Part shown: positions 9,838-17,321 of the stretch, piece by piece | Layout: each line of letters begins with the position of its first letter | Numbering within the stretch: the stretch's first letter is position 1 | Source: an uncultured Candidatus Saccharibacteria bacterium | Lineage (GTDB): Bacteria; Patescibacteriota; Minisyncoccia; Minisyncoccales; JANBVM01 | Assembly: GCA_964450805.1 (NCBI GenBank) | Contig: CAYVDD010000001.1 | Span: forward strand, 70,595-134,594 | DNA length: 64,000 nucleotides | Direction: 5' to 3' | Notes under the pieces: model-generated | The model's input: the letters and a program-made list of their open reading frames with translations, nothing else | Database searches by the model: none | Told to the model about the DNA's origin: nothing | Position numbers and translations under genes: made by a program

Positions 9838-10575
9838 ATGAATATGTCAGAGGTGCATCTTTCAGTTGTAATACCTGCCTATAACGAGGAAAAGAAGCTT
9901 CCTAATACTTTGCCTAAAATCTATGACTATTTAAAAAAACAATCTTATAATTGGGAGATTTTAATAGTCAGCGATGGTTCAAAAGATAATACTGCTCAGG
10001 TTGTTAAAGATTTAAGTTCTCAAATTGAGAATTTAAGGTTAATTGATAATAAAGAAAATCACGGTAAAGGTTATGTGGTAAAACAAGGAATGTTATCAGC
10101 CAAAGGAAAATACAGGCTTTTTACTGATGCTGATAATTCAACTCCAATTGAACAAGTTGAAAAAATGTGGCCAGAGTTTGAGCAAGGATATGAGGTAATA
10201 ATAGGTTCACGCGATATAGAGGGTGCTAAATTAGCTGTTCCCCAGCCTTGGTGGAGAATAATAATAGGAAATGCTTTTAATCTGCTGGTTCAGATTATGG
10301 CTGGGCTTTGGGGGATTCCAGACACTCAATGCGGATTTAAAGGATTCACCAAACAAGCAGCAGAAGATATTTTTTCAATAACTAGGATTCCACGCTTTGC
10401 ATTTGATGTTGAGATGCTGGTGATAGCTAAAAAAATGAAATACAAAATAAAAGAAATTCCAATTCTCTGGGTTAATGATAAAAGAAGTTCAGTGAAATTT
10501 AAAAGCATGGTTAAAATGGCAATTGATTTATTTCAAATAAGATTAAATATGATTAAAGGCATTTATGAAAGGTGA
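9838..10575 (+). CDS. family 2 glycosyltransferase (polyprenyl-phosphate sugar transferase-like)
   Basis: VVIPAYNEE, DGSKDNT and the TDADNS DxD motif are typical of GT-A/GT2 enzymes. Confidence 0.8.
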   Translation: MNMSEVHLSVVIPAYNEEKKLPNTLPKIYDYLKKQSYNWEILIVSDGSKDNTAQVVKDLSSQIENLRLIDNKENHGKGYVVKQGMLSAKGKYRLFTDADNSTPIEQVEKMWPEFEQGYEVIIGSRDIEGAKLAVPQPWWRIIIGNAFNLLVQIMAGLWGIPDTQCGFKGFTKQAAEDIFSITRIPRFAFDVEMLVIAKKMKYKIKEIPILWVNDKRSSVKFKSMVKMAIDLFQIRLNMIKGIYER

Positions 10576-11611
10576 GAAGAAAACAAAATTTCCATCAGAA
10601 TTAAGATTTGACCTGGTTTCCAAGGACTGGGTCATTATTGCTACAGGCAGGGCAAGAAAACCAGGTTTTTATAAAAAAAGCAAGAGAGTAAAATCTGAAG
10701 TTTTTAAAAAAGACTGTCCTTTTCATAATCTTGAAACTCAAAAAAGACCGGTTTTAGCATATTACAAGGGTAAAGAGATTCTATTTAAAATTGGAGAGAT
10801 TCCTGAAAAATGGACAACCATTGTTATTCCTAATAAATATCCAGCTCTTCTTCCTTATTCAAAATTAGAGGAAAGAAAGGAAGGCAAATTTTACAAAACC
10901 ATGAATGCTGTTGGTTTTGCTGAGTTGGTTTTAATGAAAGATCATAAAAATCATTTTCCTCATTTTGAATTTTCTCAAATAAGAGAAGTTTTTGAAGTTT
11001 ATCAAAAAAGATATTTGGATTTAATGAAAAAAAAGTTTGTGAATTATATATCAATTTTTCACAATCATGGCATTGAGGCTGGTGCCTCGCAGTCGCATCC
11101 TCATTCCCAGATTATCACCACCCCTTTAATTGACCTTGATTTAAGAAAAGCACTTATAAATTCAGGTAATTATTTTAAAGAAAACAAGAAATGTATTTAT
11201 TGTGAGATGAATATCTGGGAAAGGAAAGTGAGAAAAAGAATTGTTTTTGAAAATGATTTATTCTTAGCAATCTGTCCTTTTGCATCAAAAGCAGCTTTTC
11301 AGGTCATTATTTCTCCTAAAAAACATTTAGCATATTTTGAAAAAATTAATGGGAATGAAAAAGAGCAGTTAGCAGAAGTTTTTGGAAAAGTAATGAAAGC
11401 CCTTTATAGAGGTCTGTCAGATCCTGCATATAACTTTTATTTGCATACTGCTCCTTGTGACGGAAAAGACTATCCTTATTATCACTGGCACTGGACAGTA
11501 CTGCCTAAAACAGCTAGTCCAGCTGGTTTTGAAATAGGAACTAGAATGGAAATTTCAACAATTGAGCCGGAAAAAGCAGCAGAGTATTTAAGAAAACAAC
11601 TGAAAAATTAA
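10565..11611 (+). CDS. galT: galactose-1-phosphate uridylyltransferase-like HIT-superfamily nucleotidyltransferase
   Basis: 348 aa; active-site SHPHSQI (HxHxQ), CIYCEM, and GalT-like two-half architecture. Confidence 0.75.
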   Translation: MKGEKKTKFPSELRFDLVSKDWVIIATGRARKPGFYKKSKRVKSEVFKKDCPFHNLETQKRPVLAYYKGKEILFKIGEIPEKWTTIVIPNKYPALLPYSKLEERKEGKFYKTMNAVGFAELVLMKDHKNHFPHFEFSQIREVFEVYQKRYLDLMKKKFVNYISIFHNHGIEAGASQSHPHSQIITTPLIDLDLRKALINSGNYFKENKKCIYCEMNIWERKVRKRIVFENDLFLAICPFASKAAFQVIISPKKHLAYFEKINGNEKEQLAEVFGKVMKALYRGLSDPAYNFYLHTAPCDGKDYPYYHWHWTVLPKTASPAGFEIGTRMEISTIEPEKAAEYLRKQLKN

Positions 11612-11631
11612 TTTAAGATTTTCTACGGGTT

Positions 11632-12312
11632 ATGAAAAAATTTATTATAGCAAACTGGAAATGCAATCCAACAACTCTGACTAAAGCAAAACAGCTTTTT
11701 AATTCAATAAAAAAAGGATTAAGAAATATTAAAAAAACTGAAATAATAATCTGTCCGCCTTTTATTTATTTAAAAGAAATAAATAAGTTACAAAAATCAG
11801 TAAAGTTAGGAGCCCAGAACTCTTGCTGGGAGGAAAAAGGAGCTTTTACTGGAGAAATTTCACCAGTAATGTTAAAGGATTTAGGCTGTGAATATGTTAT
11901 TTTAGGTCATTCTGAAAGAAGAAAATATCTTTCTGAGAATAATGATTTAATTAATAAAAGGCTGAAAAAGGCTTTTGAAAAAGATTTAAAGCCAATTTTA
12001 TGCATTGATAATGTTTCTCAAATTGAAAAGGGTTTAAAGGGAGTTGCAAAACAAAAAGTAATAATAGCTTATGAGCCTGTCTGGGCAATCGGCACTGGTA
12101 AAACTCCAAGTTTTCAACAGGCCAAATTATTTAATAATAGAATTAAAAAGATTGTAGGGGATAATGTTGCTGTTTTATATGGAGGTAGTGTTAATGCTGA
12201 AAATGTTGAAGGATTTATTGTTAAATCAGGTTTTAATGGGATTTTGGTAGGAGGAGCATCTTTAAAGCCAAAAGAATTTATAAATATAATTAAGATTGTT
12301 GAAAACTGTTAA
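11632..12312 (+). CDS. tpiA: triosephosphate isomerase
   Basis: IIANWKCN, GHSERR, AYEPVWAIGTG and YGGSV motifs. Confidence 0.94.
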   Translation: MKKFIIANWKCNPTTLTKAKQLFNSIKKGLRNIKKTEIIICPPFIYLKEINKLQKSVKLGAQNSCWEEKGAFTGEISPVMLKDLGCEYVILGHSERRKYLSENNDLINKRLKKAFEKDLKPILCIDNVSQIEKGLKGVAKQKVIIAYEPVWAIGTGKTPSFQQAKLFNNRIKKIVGDNVAVLYGGSVNAENVEGFIVKSGFNGILVGGASLKPKEFINIIKIVENC

Positions 12313-12343
12313 GGGTTGATTTTTTCACTCTATTTTTGCTATA

Positions 12344-12871
12344 ATGCAAGACATTAAGCTTATGAACAATATATCAGAAGGTCATTTTTATAATCCAAAT
12401 ATTGGAAATTTAAAATTCAATCAAGTTATTGATGAGATTTTTAATTATATAAGATCAGGACCAGAAAATTTTTATGACATTATTGTTGGCTGTGATTCTT
12501 CTTCTCAGGAAAGACCTCAGTTTCCTGTGGTAGTGGTTGTTTTGAGAAAAGGCGCTGGAGGCAGGTTTTTCTTCAAAAAAATCAATTATGATGATAGAAA
12601 ATTTTACACCTGGAAGGAAAGAATCTTGGAAGAAGTTTTAATATCCTGTGAATTGTCTTTAGAGCTCAGAGAAACTTTAAATAAAAGAATTAAAGAACTT
12701 GGAAGCGGATATAATTATCAGTTCCGCTACATTCATGCTGATATTGGAGAAAATGGTGACACAAAAGAAATGATAAAAGAGGTTGTTGGACTTATTAAAG
12801 GGAATGGTTTTGAAGCAAAAATTAAACCTGAAGCTTATGTGGCTTCAGCTGTTGCAGATAGGTATACTTAA
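12344..12871 (+). CDS. RNase H-like DUF458/YkuK-family protein
   Basis: HFYNPNIGNLKF...YDIIVGCDSS resembles the YkuK/DUF458 N-terminal pattern; recalled from memory, not searched. Confidence 0.55.
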   Translation: MQDIKLMNNISEGHFYNPNIGNLKFNQVIDEIFNYIRSGPENFYDIIVGCDSSSQERPQFPVVVVVLRKGAGGRFFFKKINYDDRKFYTWKERILEEVLISCELSLELRETLNKRIKELGSGYNYQFRYIHADIGENGDTKEMIKEVVGLIKGNGFEAKIKPEAYVASAVADRYT

Positions 12872-12875
12872 AAAC

Positions 12876-14732
12876 ATGAAATCTAAAGAAGTCAGGAAAA
12901 GGTATTTAGAATTCTTTAAATCCAAAAAGCATGCTGTTATTCCCAGCGCTTCGCTTATTCCAAAAGATTCTACTACTCTTTTTGTTGGTTCTGGAATGCA
13001 GCCGCTTGTGCCGTATTTGTTGGGAAAAAAGCATGTTCAAGGCACTCGTCTAACTAATTCTCAAAAATGTTTTCGGGCTGAAGACATAGAAGAAGTGGGT
13101 GATAACCGTCACACCACTTTTTTTGAAATGCTTGGTAATTGGTCTTTAGGAGATTATTTTAAAAAAGAACAGTTAACTTGGTTTTTTGAATTTTTAACAA
13201 AAGAATTAAAAATTAATCCAAAAAAACTTTATGTAACAGTTTTTCGTGGCAATAAAAACATTAATATTGATAAGGATAAAGAGTCTGTAGAAATATGGAA
13301 AAAATTATTTATTAATGCTGGAATTGAAGCAAAAGATATTGATTTTAGTGAAAAAAAAGGCATGCAGGATGGAAGAATTTTTTATTACGATGATACTAAA
13401 AACTGGTGGTCTCGTTCAGGAATTCCTAAAAATATGCCAATAGGCGAGCCAGGAGGGCCAGACAGCGAAGTTTTTTATGATTTAGGAGTTGATTTAAGGC
13501 ATCACGAAAAATCCTCCTGGAAAAATCAGGTTTGTCATGTAAATTGCGATTGCGGCCGTTTTGTTGAAATTGGAAACAGTGTTTTTATGGAATATGTAAA
13601 AACAGAAAAAGGTTTTGAAAAGCTGTCCCAAAAAAATGTTGATTTTGGAGGGGGATTGGAAAGAATAGCTTTAGCTGTTCAGAATAAAACCAGTATTTTT
13701 GAAATTGATGTTTTTATGCCTGTGATTGAAAAAATAAAAGAATTATCAAAAGGCAAGGAATATATTAAAAACAGCAAGGCATTTGAAGTTATTACTGACC
13801 ATATTAGAGGTATTGTGTTTTTAGCTTCTGAGGGGATTGTTCCTTCTAATGTAGAAAGAGGATATATTTTAAGAAGGCTTATAAGAAGAGCAATAAGATT
13901 TGGCAAGCTGATTGATATGCCTAAGAATTTTTTAGTTCCTTTGGCTAAACAAGTGATTGAGATTTATAAAGATGATTATTCTGAAGTTAAGTCAAACGAA
14001 GATAATATTTTGAAAATAATTAGTATAGAACAAAAAGAATTCAGTGAAATATTTGAAAAAAACAAGATGAAGGCTGAGAAAATAATTATAAAAGAAAAAA
14101 AACTTACAGGACTCGTTGCTTATGGAATATATCATACTTTGAGTATAGAGCCTGAAGAGAGTTTAAAAATAGCAAAAGATCATAATATTCCCATCTCAAA
14201 AGAAATCACTAAAGAGATTGAATACGCACGCAAGGAGCATCAAAAAATTTCTCGTGCCGGAGCTAAAAAGAAATTTGGAGGTATCGGCAAAGAGGCTAGT
14301 TATGAAGCTGTAAAACTTCATACTGCGACTCATTTACTTCATCAGGCTTTAAGAGAAGTATTAGGAGAGCAGGTTAAACAAATGGGTTCAGATATTACTC
14401 ATGAGAGATTACGTTTTGATTTTTCATATCCAGAGAAAATGACTATTCAGCAAATCAAAAAAGTTGAAGAAATTGTTAATGAGAAAATAAAACAAAACTT
14501 AGAGGTTAAAAAAAAGGAAATGAATTATTCTGATGCTATTAAATTAGGTGCTTTAGCGTTTTTCAAGGAAAAATATCCTGACAAAGTAACAGTTTATTCA
14601 ATAGGCGACTTTTCAAAAGAAGTTTGCGCAGGTCCTCACGTTAAAAAAACAGGGGAGTTAGGCAGTTTCAAAATCATCAAAGAAAAGTCTATAGCAGCTG
14701 GAGTAAGAAGAATAAAGGCAGTTATTGGATAA
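12876..14732 (+). CDS. alaS: alanyl-tRNA synthetase, short form without C-Ala domain
   Basis: ATG 12876 gives MKSKEVRKRYLEFFKSKKHAVIPSASLIP. The track ORF extends upstream across the previous gene. Editing-domain motifs HTATHLLH and CAGPHV are present. The protein ends at 618 aa. Confidence 0.93.
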   Translation: MKSKEVRKRYLEFFKSKKHAVIPSASLIPKDSTTLFVGSGMQPLVPYLLGKKHVQGTRLTNSQKCFRAEDIEEVGDNRHTTFFEMLGNWSLGDYFKKEQLTWFFEFLTKELKINPKKLYVTVFRGNKNINIDKDKESVEIWKKLFINAGIEAKDIDFSEKKGMQDGRIFYYDDTKNWWSRSGIPKNMPIGEPGGPDSEVFYDLGVDLRHHEKSSWKNQVCHVNCDCGRFVEIGNSVFMEYVKTEKGFEKLSQKNVDFGGGLERIALAVQNKTSIFEIDVFMPVIEKIKELSKGKEYIKNSKAFEVITDHIRGIVFLASEGIVPSNVERGYILRRLIRRAIRFGKLIDMPKNFLVPLAKQVIEIYKDDYSEVKSNEDNILKIISIEQKEFSEIFEKNKMKAEKIIIKEKKLTGLVAYGIYHTLSIEPEESLKIAKDHNIPISKEITKEIEYARKEHQKISRAGAKKKFGGIGKEASYEAVKLHTATHLLHQALREVLGEQVKQMGSDITHERLRFDFSYPEKMTIQQIKKVEEIVNEKIKQNLEVKKKEMNYSDAIKLGALAFFKEKYPDKVTVYSIGDFSKEVCAGPHVKKTGELGSFKIIKEKSIAAGVRRIKAVIG

Positions 14733-14756
14733 GTTCGAGTCCTACCTCCGGAGCCG
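14733..14756 (+). other. tRNA 3'-end remnant (T-loop + 3' acceptor strand), tRNA-Asn-like
   Basis: GTTCGAGTCCTAC-CTCCGGA-G-CC begins directly after the alaS TAA. It reads as T-loop, 3' T-stem, 3' acceptor strand, G73 and CC. No D arm or anticodon arm lies upstream. Confidence 0.55.
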
Positions 14757-14758
14757 TT

Positions 14759-14785
14759 AAGCCCGAGTCAAGGGCTCGGGTTTTT
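14759..14785 (+). terminator. intrinsic terminator hairpin (copy 1 of a 26-nt repeat)
   Basis: AAGCCCGAG-tcaaggg-CTCGGG + TTTTT. It matches 16908..16933 at 24 of 26 positions. Confidence 0.75.
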
Positions 14786-14788
14786 GGT

Positions 14789-14817
14789 TTGACAACAGAA
14801 AAGGGATAAGGTAGAAA
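14789..14817 (+). promoter_or_regulatory. candidate sigma70-type promoter for the 96-aa ORF
   Basis: TTGACA (14789-14794), 17 nt, TAGAAA (14812-14817). A separate TATAAT sits at 14827-14832. Confidence 0.4.
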
Positions 14818-14871
14818 GAGATAGATTATAATTAACAATAATTAAAATTAAAGAGTGATAAGTGATAAGAA

Positions 14872-15162
14872 ATGAATAAGGTTCAAGTTTTGGATTGGTC
14901 TTTTTTAGACGACCGAGATAAAGAAAAAGTAGAGACATTTAGAAGTTTCAAATTAAAGATAAAATTTGTGCGTGAAATTGCTCGGAAGAAAAAAGTTATT
15001 GGTCATAATCTTAAAGATATAGAAATCAACGGGATTGCTCCTGTTGTGGCTTATGTGTGTACTGGCTGTGATAGGTACGTGAGTGGTATGCCATACACAG
15101 ACGAACATGGCTGGCATCACTGTAGAATCTGTGGGGAATCTTTGGGTGACGTTAGGTGGTAA
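14872..15162 (+). CDS. small zinc-ribbon protein (96 aa), unknown function
   Basis: The C-terminus CTGCDRYVSGMPYTDEHGWHHCRICG has CxxC...CxxC. It has its own upstream promoter-like signals and a downstream hairpin. Confidence 0.6.
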   Translation: MNKVQVLDWSFLDDRDKEKVETFRSFKLKIKFVREIARKKKVIGHNLKDIEINGIAPVVAYVCTGCDRYVSGMPYTDEHGWHHCRICGESLGDVRW

Positions 15163-15201
15163 ATATATAAAGGAATTTTAGAAATAACAAAATTTTTAAG
15201 T

Positions 15202-15226
15202 GCGATAATCAATCGCCTTATTTTTT
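15202..15226 (+). terminator. weak intrinsic terminator
   Basis: GCGAT-aatca-ATCGC, then CTTA and T6. Confidence 0.45.
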
Positions 15227-15253
15227 AAAAAGCACCAAAAATAGATTTTAGTA

Positions 15254-15361
15254 TCGTCCAACCAAAGGGGTTTTGATCCTGAGAGCCTCCAATTCTTCTC
15301 TCATTTTTCTCCAATTAAAAGTTCTAAGTGTGTTCATTAGGGGGAGCTCGTAAAAATCGCC
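15254..15361. repeat. intergenic repeat family, copy B (with minus-strand 29-codon ORF 15248..15337)
   Basis: 15296-15361 aligns without gaps to 17345-17410 (51 of 66 identical). The shared 3' end is C[T/C]CGTAAAAATCGCC. A partial inner copy, CGTCCAACCAAAGGGG, lies at 15255-15270. The minus strand reads MNTLRTFNWRKMREELEALRIKTPLVGRY. Confidence 0.7.
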
Positions 15362-15376
15362 TTAGAGTCGGTTTTT

Positions 15377-15385
15377 TGATAGAAT
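15377..15385 (+). promoter_or_regulatory. extended -10 promoter (TGaTAGAAT) placing the transcription start at or next to the ATG
   Basis: TGATAGAAT ends 8 nt before ATG 15394, and there is no Shine-Dalgarno sequence between them. Confidence 0.45.
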
Positions 15386-15393
15386 AAATCAAT

Positions 15394-16074
15394 ATGGATA
15401 AAAATGTTATTTTAAGAGTTAAAAATTTAAATGTGGATTTTGGTAAGGAAAGAGTGATCGAAGATTTAAGTTTTGATTTAAAAGAAAAAGAATTGTTAGT
15501 GGTCTTAGGGCCAAACGGCGCTGGGAAAAGCACTCTTTTGAAAACCCTATTGGGTTTAATACCTTATCAGGGGAAAATACAATGGAAAAACAATGTCCAT
15601 AAAGGTTACGTGCCGGAAGAGTTTGTTATTCCCAGCAATCTTCCTTTAAACCTTAAAGAATTTTTTCAGTTTAAAAAAGATTCTCCTAAAGAAATTTATA
15701 AGACTCTTGGATGGGTGGGAATGAAAGCTTCAGAAAAATTTTTTAAAAAAAGACTGTACACTTTTTCTTCGGGTCAACTGAGACGAATATTGATCGCCTG
15801 GGCAATGTTTGATGAACCTAATGCTCTGTTTTTAGATGAGCCCATGCTATACATTGATATTCACGGCAGGGAAACAATTTATGACTCTTTAGTAAAGCTC
15901 TGGGGAACAAAGAGACAAAGTATTATTTTGGTTAGCCACGAAATAGGAGAAGTTTGTAAAAAAGCAGATAAAGTTTTAGCTCTGAATAAAAGAAAACTCT
16001 TTTATGGATCTCCAAAAGAAATTATTACTCCTCAAAATTTAGCTAAAATTTATGGATCTCCAATTTCTTTATAG
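15394..16074 (+). CDS. metal (Zn/Mn)-type ABC transporter ATP-binding protein
   Basis: Walker A GPNGAGKST, signature FSSGQLRR, Walker B LFLDEP. Paired with an ABC-3 permease. Confidence 0.85.
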   Translation: MDKNVILRVKNLNVDFGKERVIEDLSFDLKEKELLVVLGPNGAGKSTLLKTLLGLIPYQGKIQWKNNVHKGYVPEEFVIPSNLPLNLKEFFQFKKDSPKEIYKTLGWVGMKASEKFFKKRLYTFSSGQLRRILIAWAMFDEPNALFLDEPMLYIDIHGRETIYDSLVKLWGTKRQSIILVSHEIGEVCKKADKVLALNKRKLFYGSPKEIITPQNLAKIYGSPISL

Positions 16075-16816
16075 TTTAATAGTCGGTGTTGCTATTGGCG
16101 GAGTCGCGGGTTATTTAGGTTCTTTGATGGTTACCAAAAGAATGGCTTTGGTTGGCGATGCTTTAGGCCATGTTGCTTTGCCTGGCGTGGCTCTGGCCTT
16201 GATTTATGGATTTAATCCTTCTTGGGGAGCCATTCCCGCTTTATTTTTTGGAATCTTACTTATTTGGTTTTTTGAAATACGTACTAAATTGCCAATGGAA
16301 GCATTAACTGGCATAGTGTTTACAGCTAGCGTAGCAATTGCCTTTTTATTCTTGCCAGAAAGTGAAATTTCAACTGCCTTAATCGGTGATATTTCTGAGA
16401 TAAACATGATTGATACTATTGTTTCAGTGATTTTATCTTTGATCGTATTTCTGATTCTGAAAAGAATTTTTTCAAAGATGATTTTAATAAGCATTTCAGA
16501 GGACTTAGCCAGAGTGGAGCACGTTGATACAAAAAAATATAATTTCATTTTTTTGCTATGTATTGCTATTGTTGTGGCTTTAGGAATAAAGGTAACAGGT
16601 TCTCTTTTAATGGGCGCGTTGGTAATTACTCCAGCTGCTGCAGCCAGAAATTTTGCTTCTAATTTATTGCAATATTCTTTTGGAGCTTTAACAATTGGTG
16701 TCATTTCCTGCGTTTCTGGTATTTTACTCTTTAAATTATTTTTACTGCCAGCTGGACCTTTCGTTATTTTGACAGCCACCTTAATATTTTTAATATCATT
16801 AATTTTTAAAAGATAA
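16052..16816 (+). CDS. ABC-3 family metal transporter permease (ZnuB/MntB-like)
   Basis: 254-aa polytopic membrane protein with GDALGHVALPG and ITPAAAAR motifs. Overlaps the ATPase gene by 23 nt. Confidence 0.82.
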   Translation: MDLQFLYSLIVGVAIGGVAGYLGSLMVTKRMALVGDALGHVALPGVALALIYGFNPSWGAIPALFFGILLIWFFEIRTKLPMEALTGIVFTASVAIAFLFLPESEISTALIGDISEINMIDTIVSVILSLIVFLILKRIFSKMILISISEDLARVEHVDTKKYNFIFLLCIAIVVALGIKVTGSLLMGALVITPAAAARNFASNLLQYSFGALTIGVISCVSGILLFKLFLLPAGPFVILTATLIFLISLIFKR

Positions 16817-16861
16817 GAGACTGAGGAATTCTAATTTATTTAGGTTTTCTTTTATTTCTAT

Positions 16862-16900
16862 CCAGAGTTAATAGCTCTGAAGGCGTCCAACAAGGGGAGT
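16862..16900. repeat. intergenic repeat family, degenerate copy C
   Basis: It contains GCGTCCAACAAGGGGAG (16883-16899), identical to 17379-17395. The flanking ~20 nt resemble copy D. Confidence 0.65.
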
Positions 16901-16907
16901 TTTGTTG

Positions 16908-16933
16908 AAGCCCGAGCCAAGAGCTCGGGTTTT
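16908..16933 (+). terminator. intrinsic terminator hairpin (copy 2 of the 26-nt repeat)
   Basis: AAGCCCGAG-ccaagag-CTCGGG + TTTT, following the znuB-like gene. Confidence 0.75.
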
Positions 16934-16960
16934 GACTTTCTAACAACAACCCTGTAATAT
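16932..16960 (+). promoter_or_regulatory. sigma70-type promoter for the 64-aa ORF
   Basis: TTGACT, 17 nt, TAATAT. The 5' UTR has an AAGGAG/CTCCTT hairpin (16971-16988) and then the SD AAGAGGT before ATG 17023. Confidence 0.55.
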
Positions 16961-17022
16961 CTATCTTGCTAAGGAGGAAAAGCTCCTTTCTAATTTAATA
17001 AAGAAAAGAGGTTGTAAAAAAG

Positions 17023-17217
17023 ATGGGTAAAGAAAAAGCCACTAAGGCTATTTGTAAGGTTTGTGGGGGACCAATCGTTGAATTACTTGAGGTTGAACAT
17101 GATCCAAAGAGTGGGCCACCAGTTTATGGACCCGCTTCAAGGAGACAATTTAATGAGGTTAGTAAAGGGTTTCATTGTAAAAAGTGTGGAATCAAGTATC
17201 AATTCCCGCCCGAATAA
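17023..17217 (+). CDS. small zinc-ribbon protein (64 aa), unknown function
   Basis: CKVCGG ... CKKCG (CxxC-x38-CxxC). It has a good SD, a promoter and a downstream terminator. Confidence 0.65.
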   Translation: MGKEKATKAICKVCGGPIVELLEVEHDPKSGPPVYGPASRRQFNEVSKGFHCKKCGIKYQFPPE

Positions 17218-17256
17218 AAAAGCGGAAAAACTTTTATGGTTCATATAATCTAATCT

Positions 17257-17292
17257 ATCTCTGAGCACTCTTTTTCGGTCAGAGATTTTTTT
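17257..17292 (+). terminator. intrinsic terminator
   Basis: ATCTCTGA-(14 nt)-TCAGAGAT followed by T7. Confidence 0.7.
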
Positions 17293-17321
17293 ATTTTATA
17301 CTAATATTGTTGCACCATATA

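Noticed and set aside
12783-12875. The upstream extension of the alaS ORF (track start 12783), which overlaps the DUF458-like gene by 89 nt.
   Set aside because: The extension has no AlaRS similarity. ATG 12876 gives the canonical AlaRS N-terminus 4 nt after the previous stop.
14690-14756. A complete tRNA or tRNA-like structure overlapping the alaS 3' end. CTGGAG (14697-14702) can pair with CTCCGG (14746-14751), and a small AATAA/TTATT hairpin displays GGC, an Ala anticodon.
   Set aside because: Only about 43 nt lie between the acceptor-like strands. There is no D arm, the loop has 6 nt rather than 7, and the 5' T-stem pairs at only 3 of 5 positions. It is most simply a 3' remnant and the pairing is likely coincidental. 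It would deserve a covariance-model scan.
16204-16779. A 191-aa minus-strand ORF antisense to the ZnuB-like permease.
   Set aside because: It is fully contained in a well-supported membrane-protein gene on the other strand. It has no motif, SD or promoter. Long antisense frames are expected in stop-poor regions.
16883-16910. Integron attC-like reading of the repeat core: GTCCAAC fits RYYYAAC, and GTTGAAG nearly fits GTTRRRY.
   Set aside because: The two boxes are only 14 nt apart, whereas attC sites are much longer. The second box breaks the consensus at its last base. No intI or attI is present in the window.
17063-17248. An alternative-frame 61-aa ORF overlapping the 64-aa zinc-ribbon ORF.
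   Set aside because: The 17023 frame has the SD and the CxxC..CxxC motif. The alternative frame has neither.
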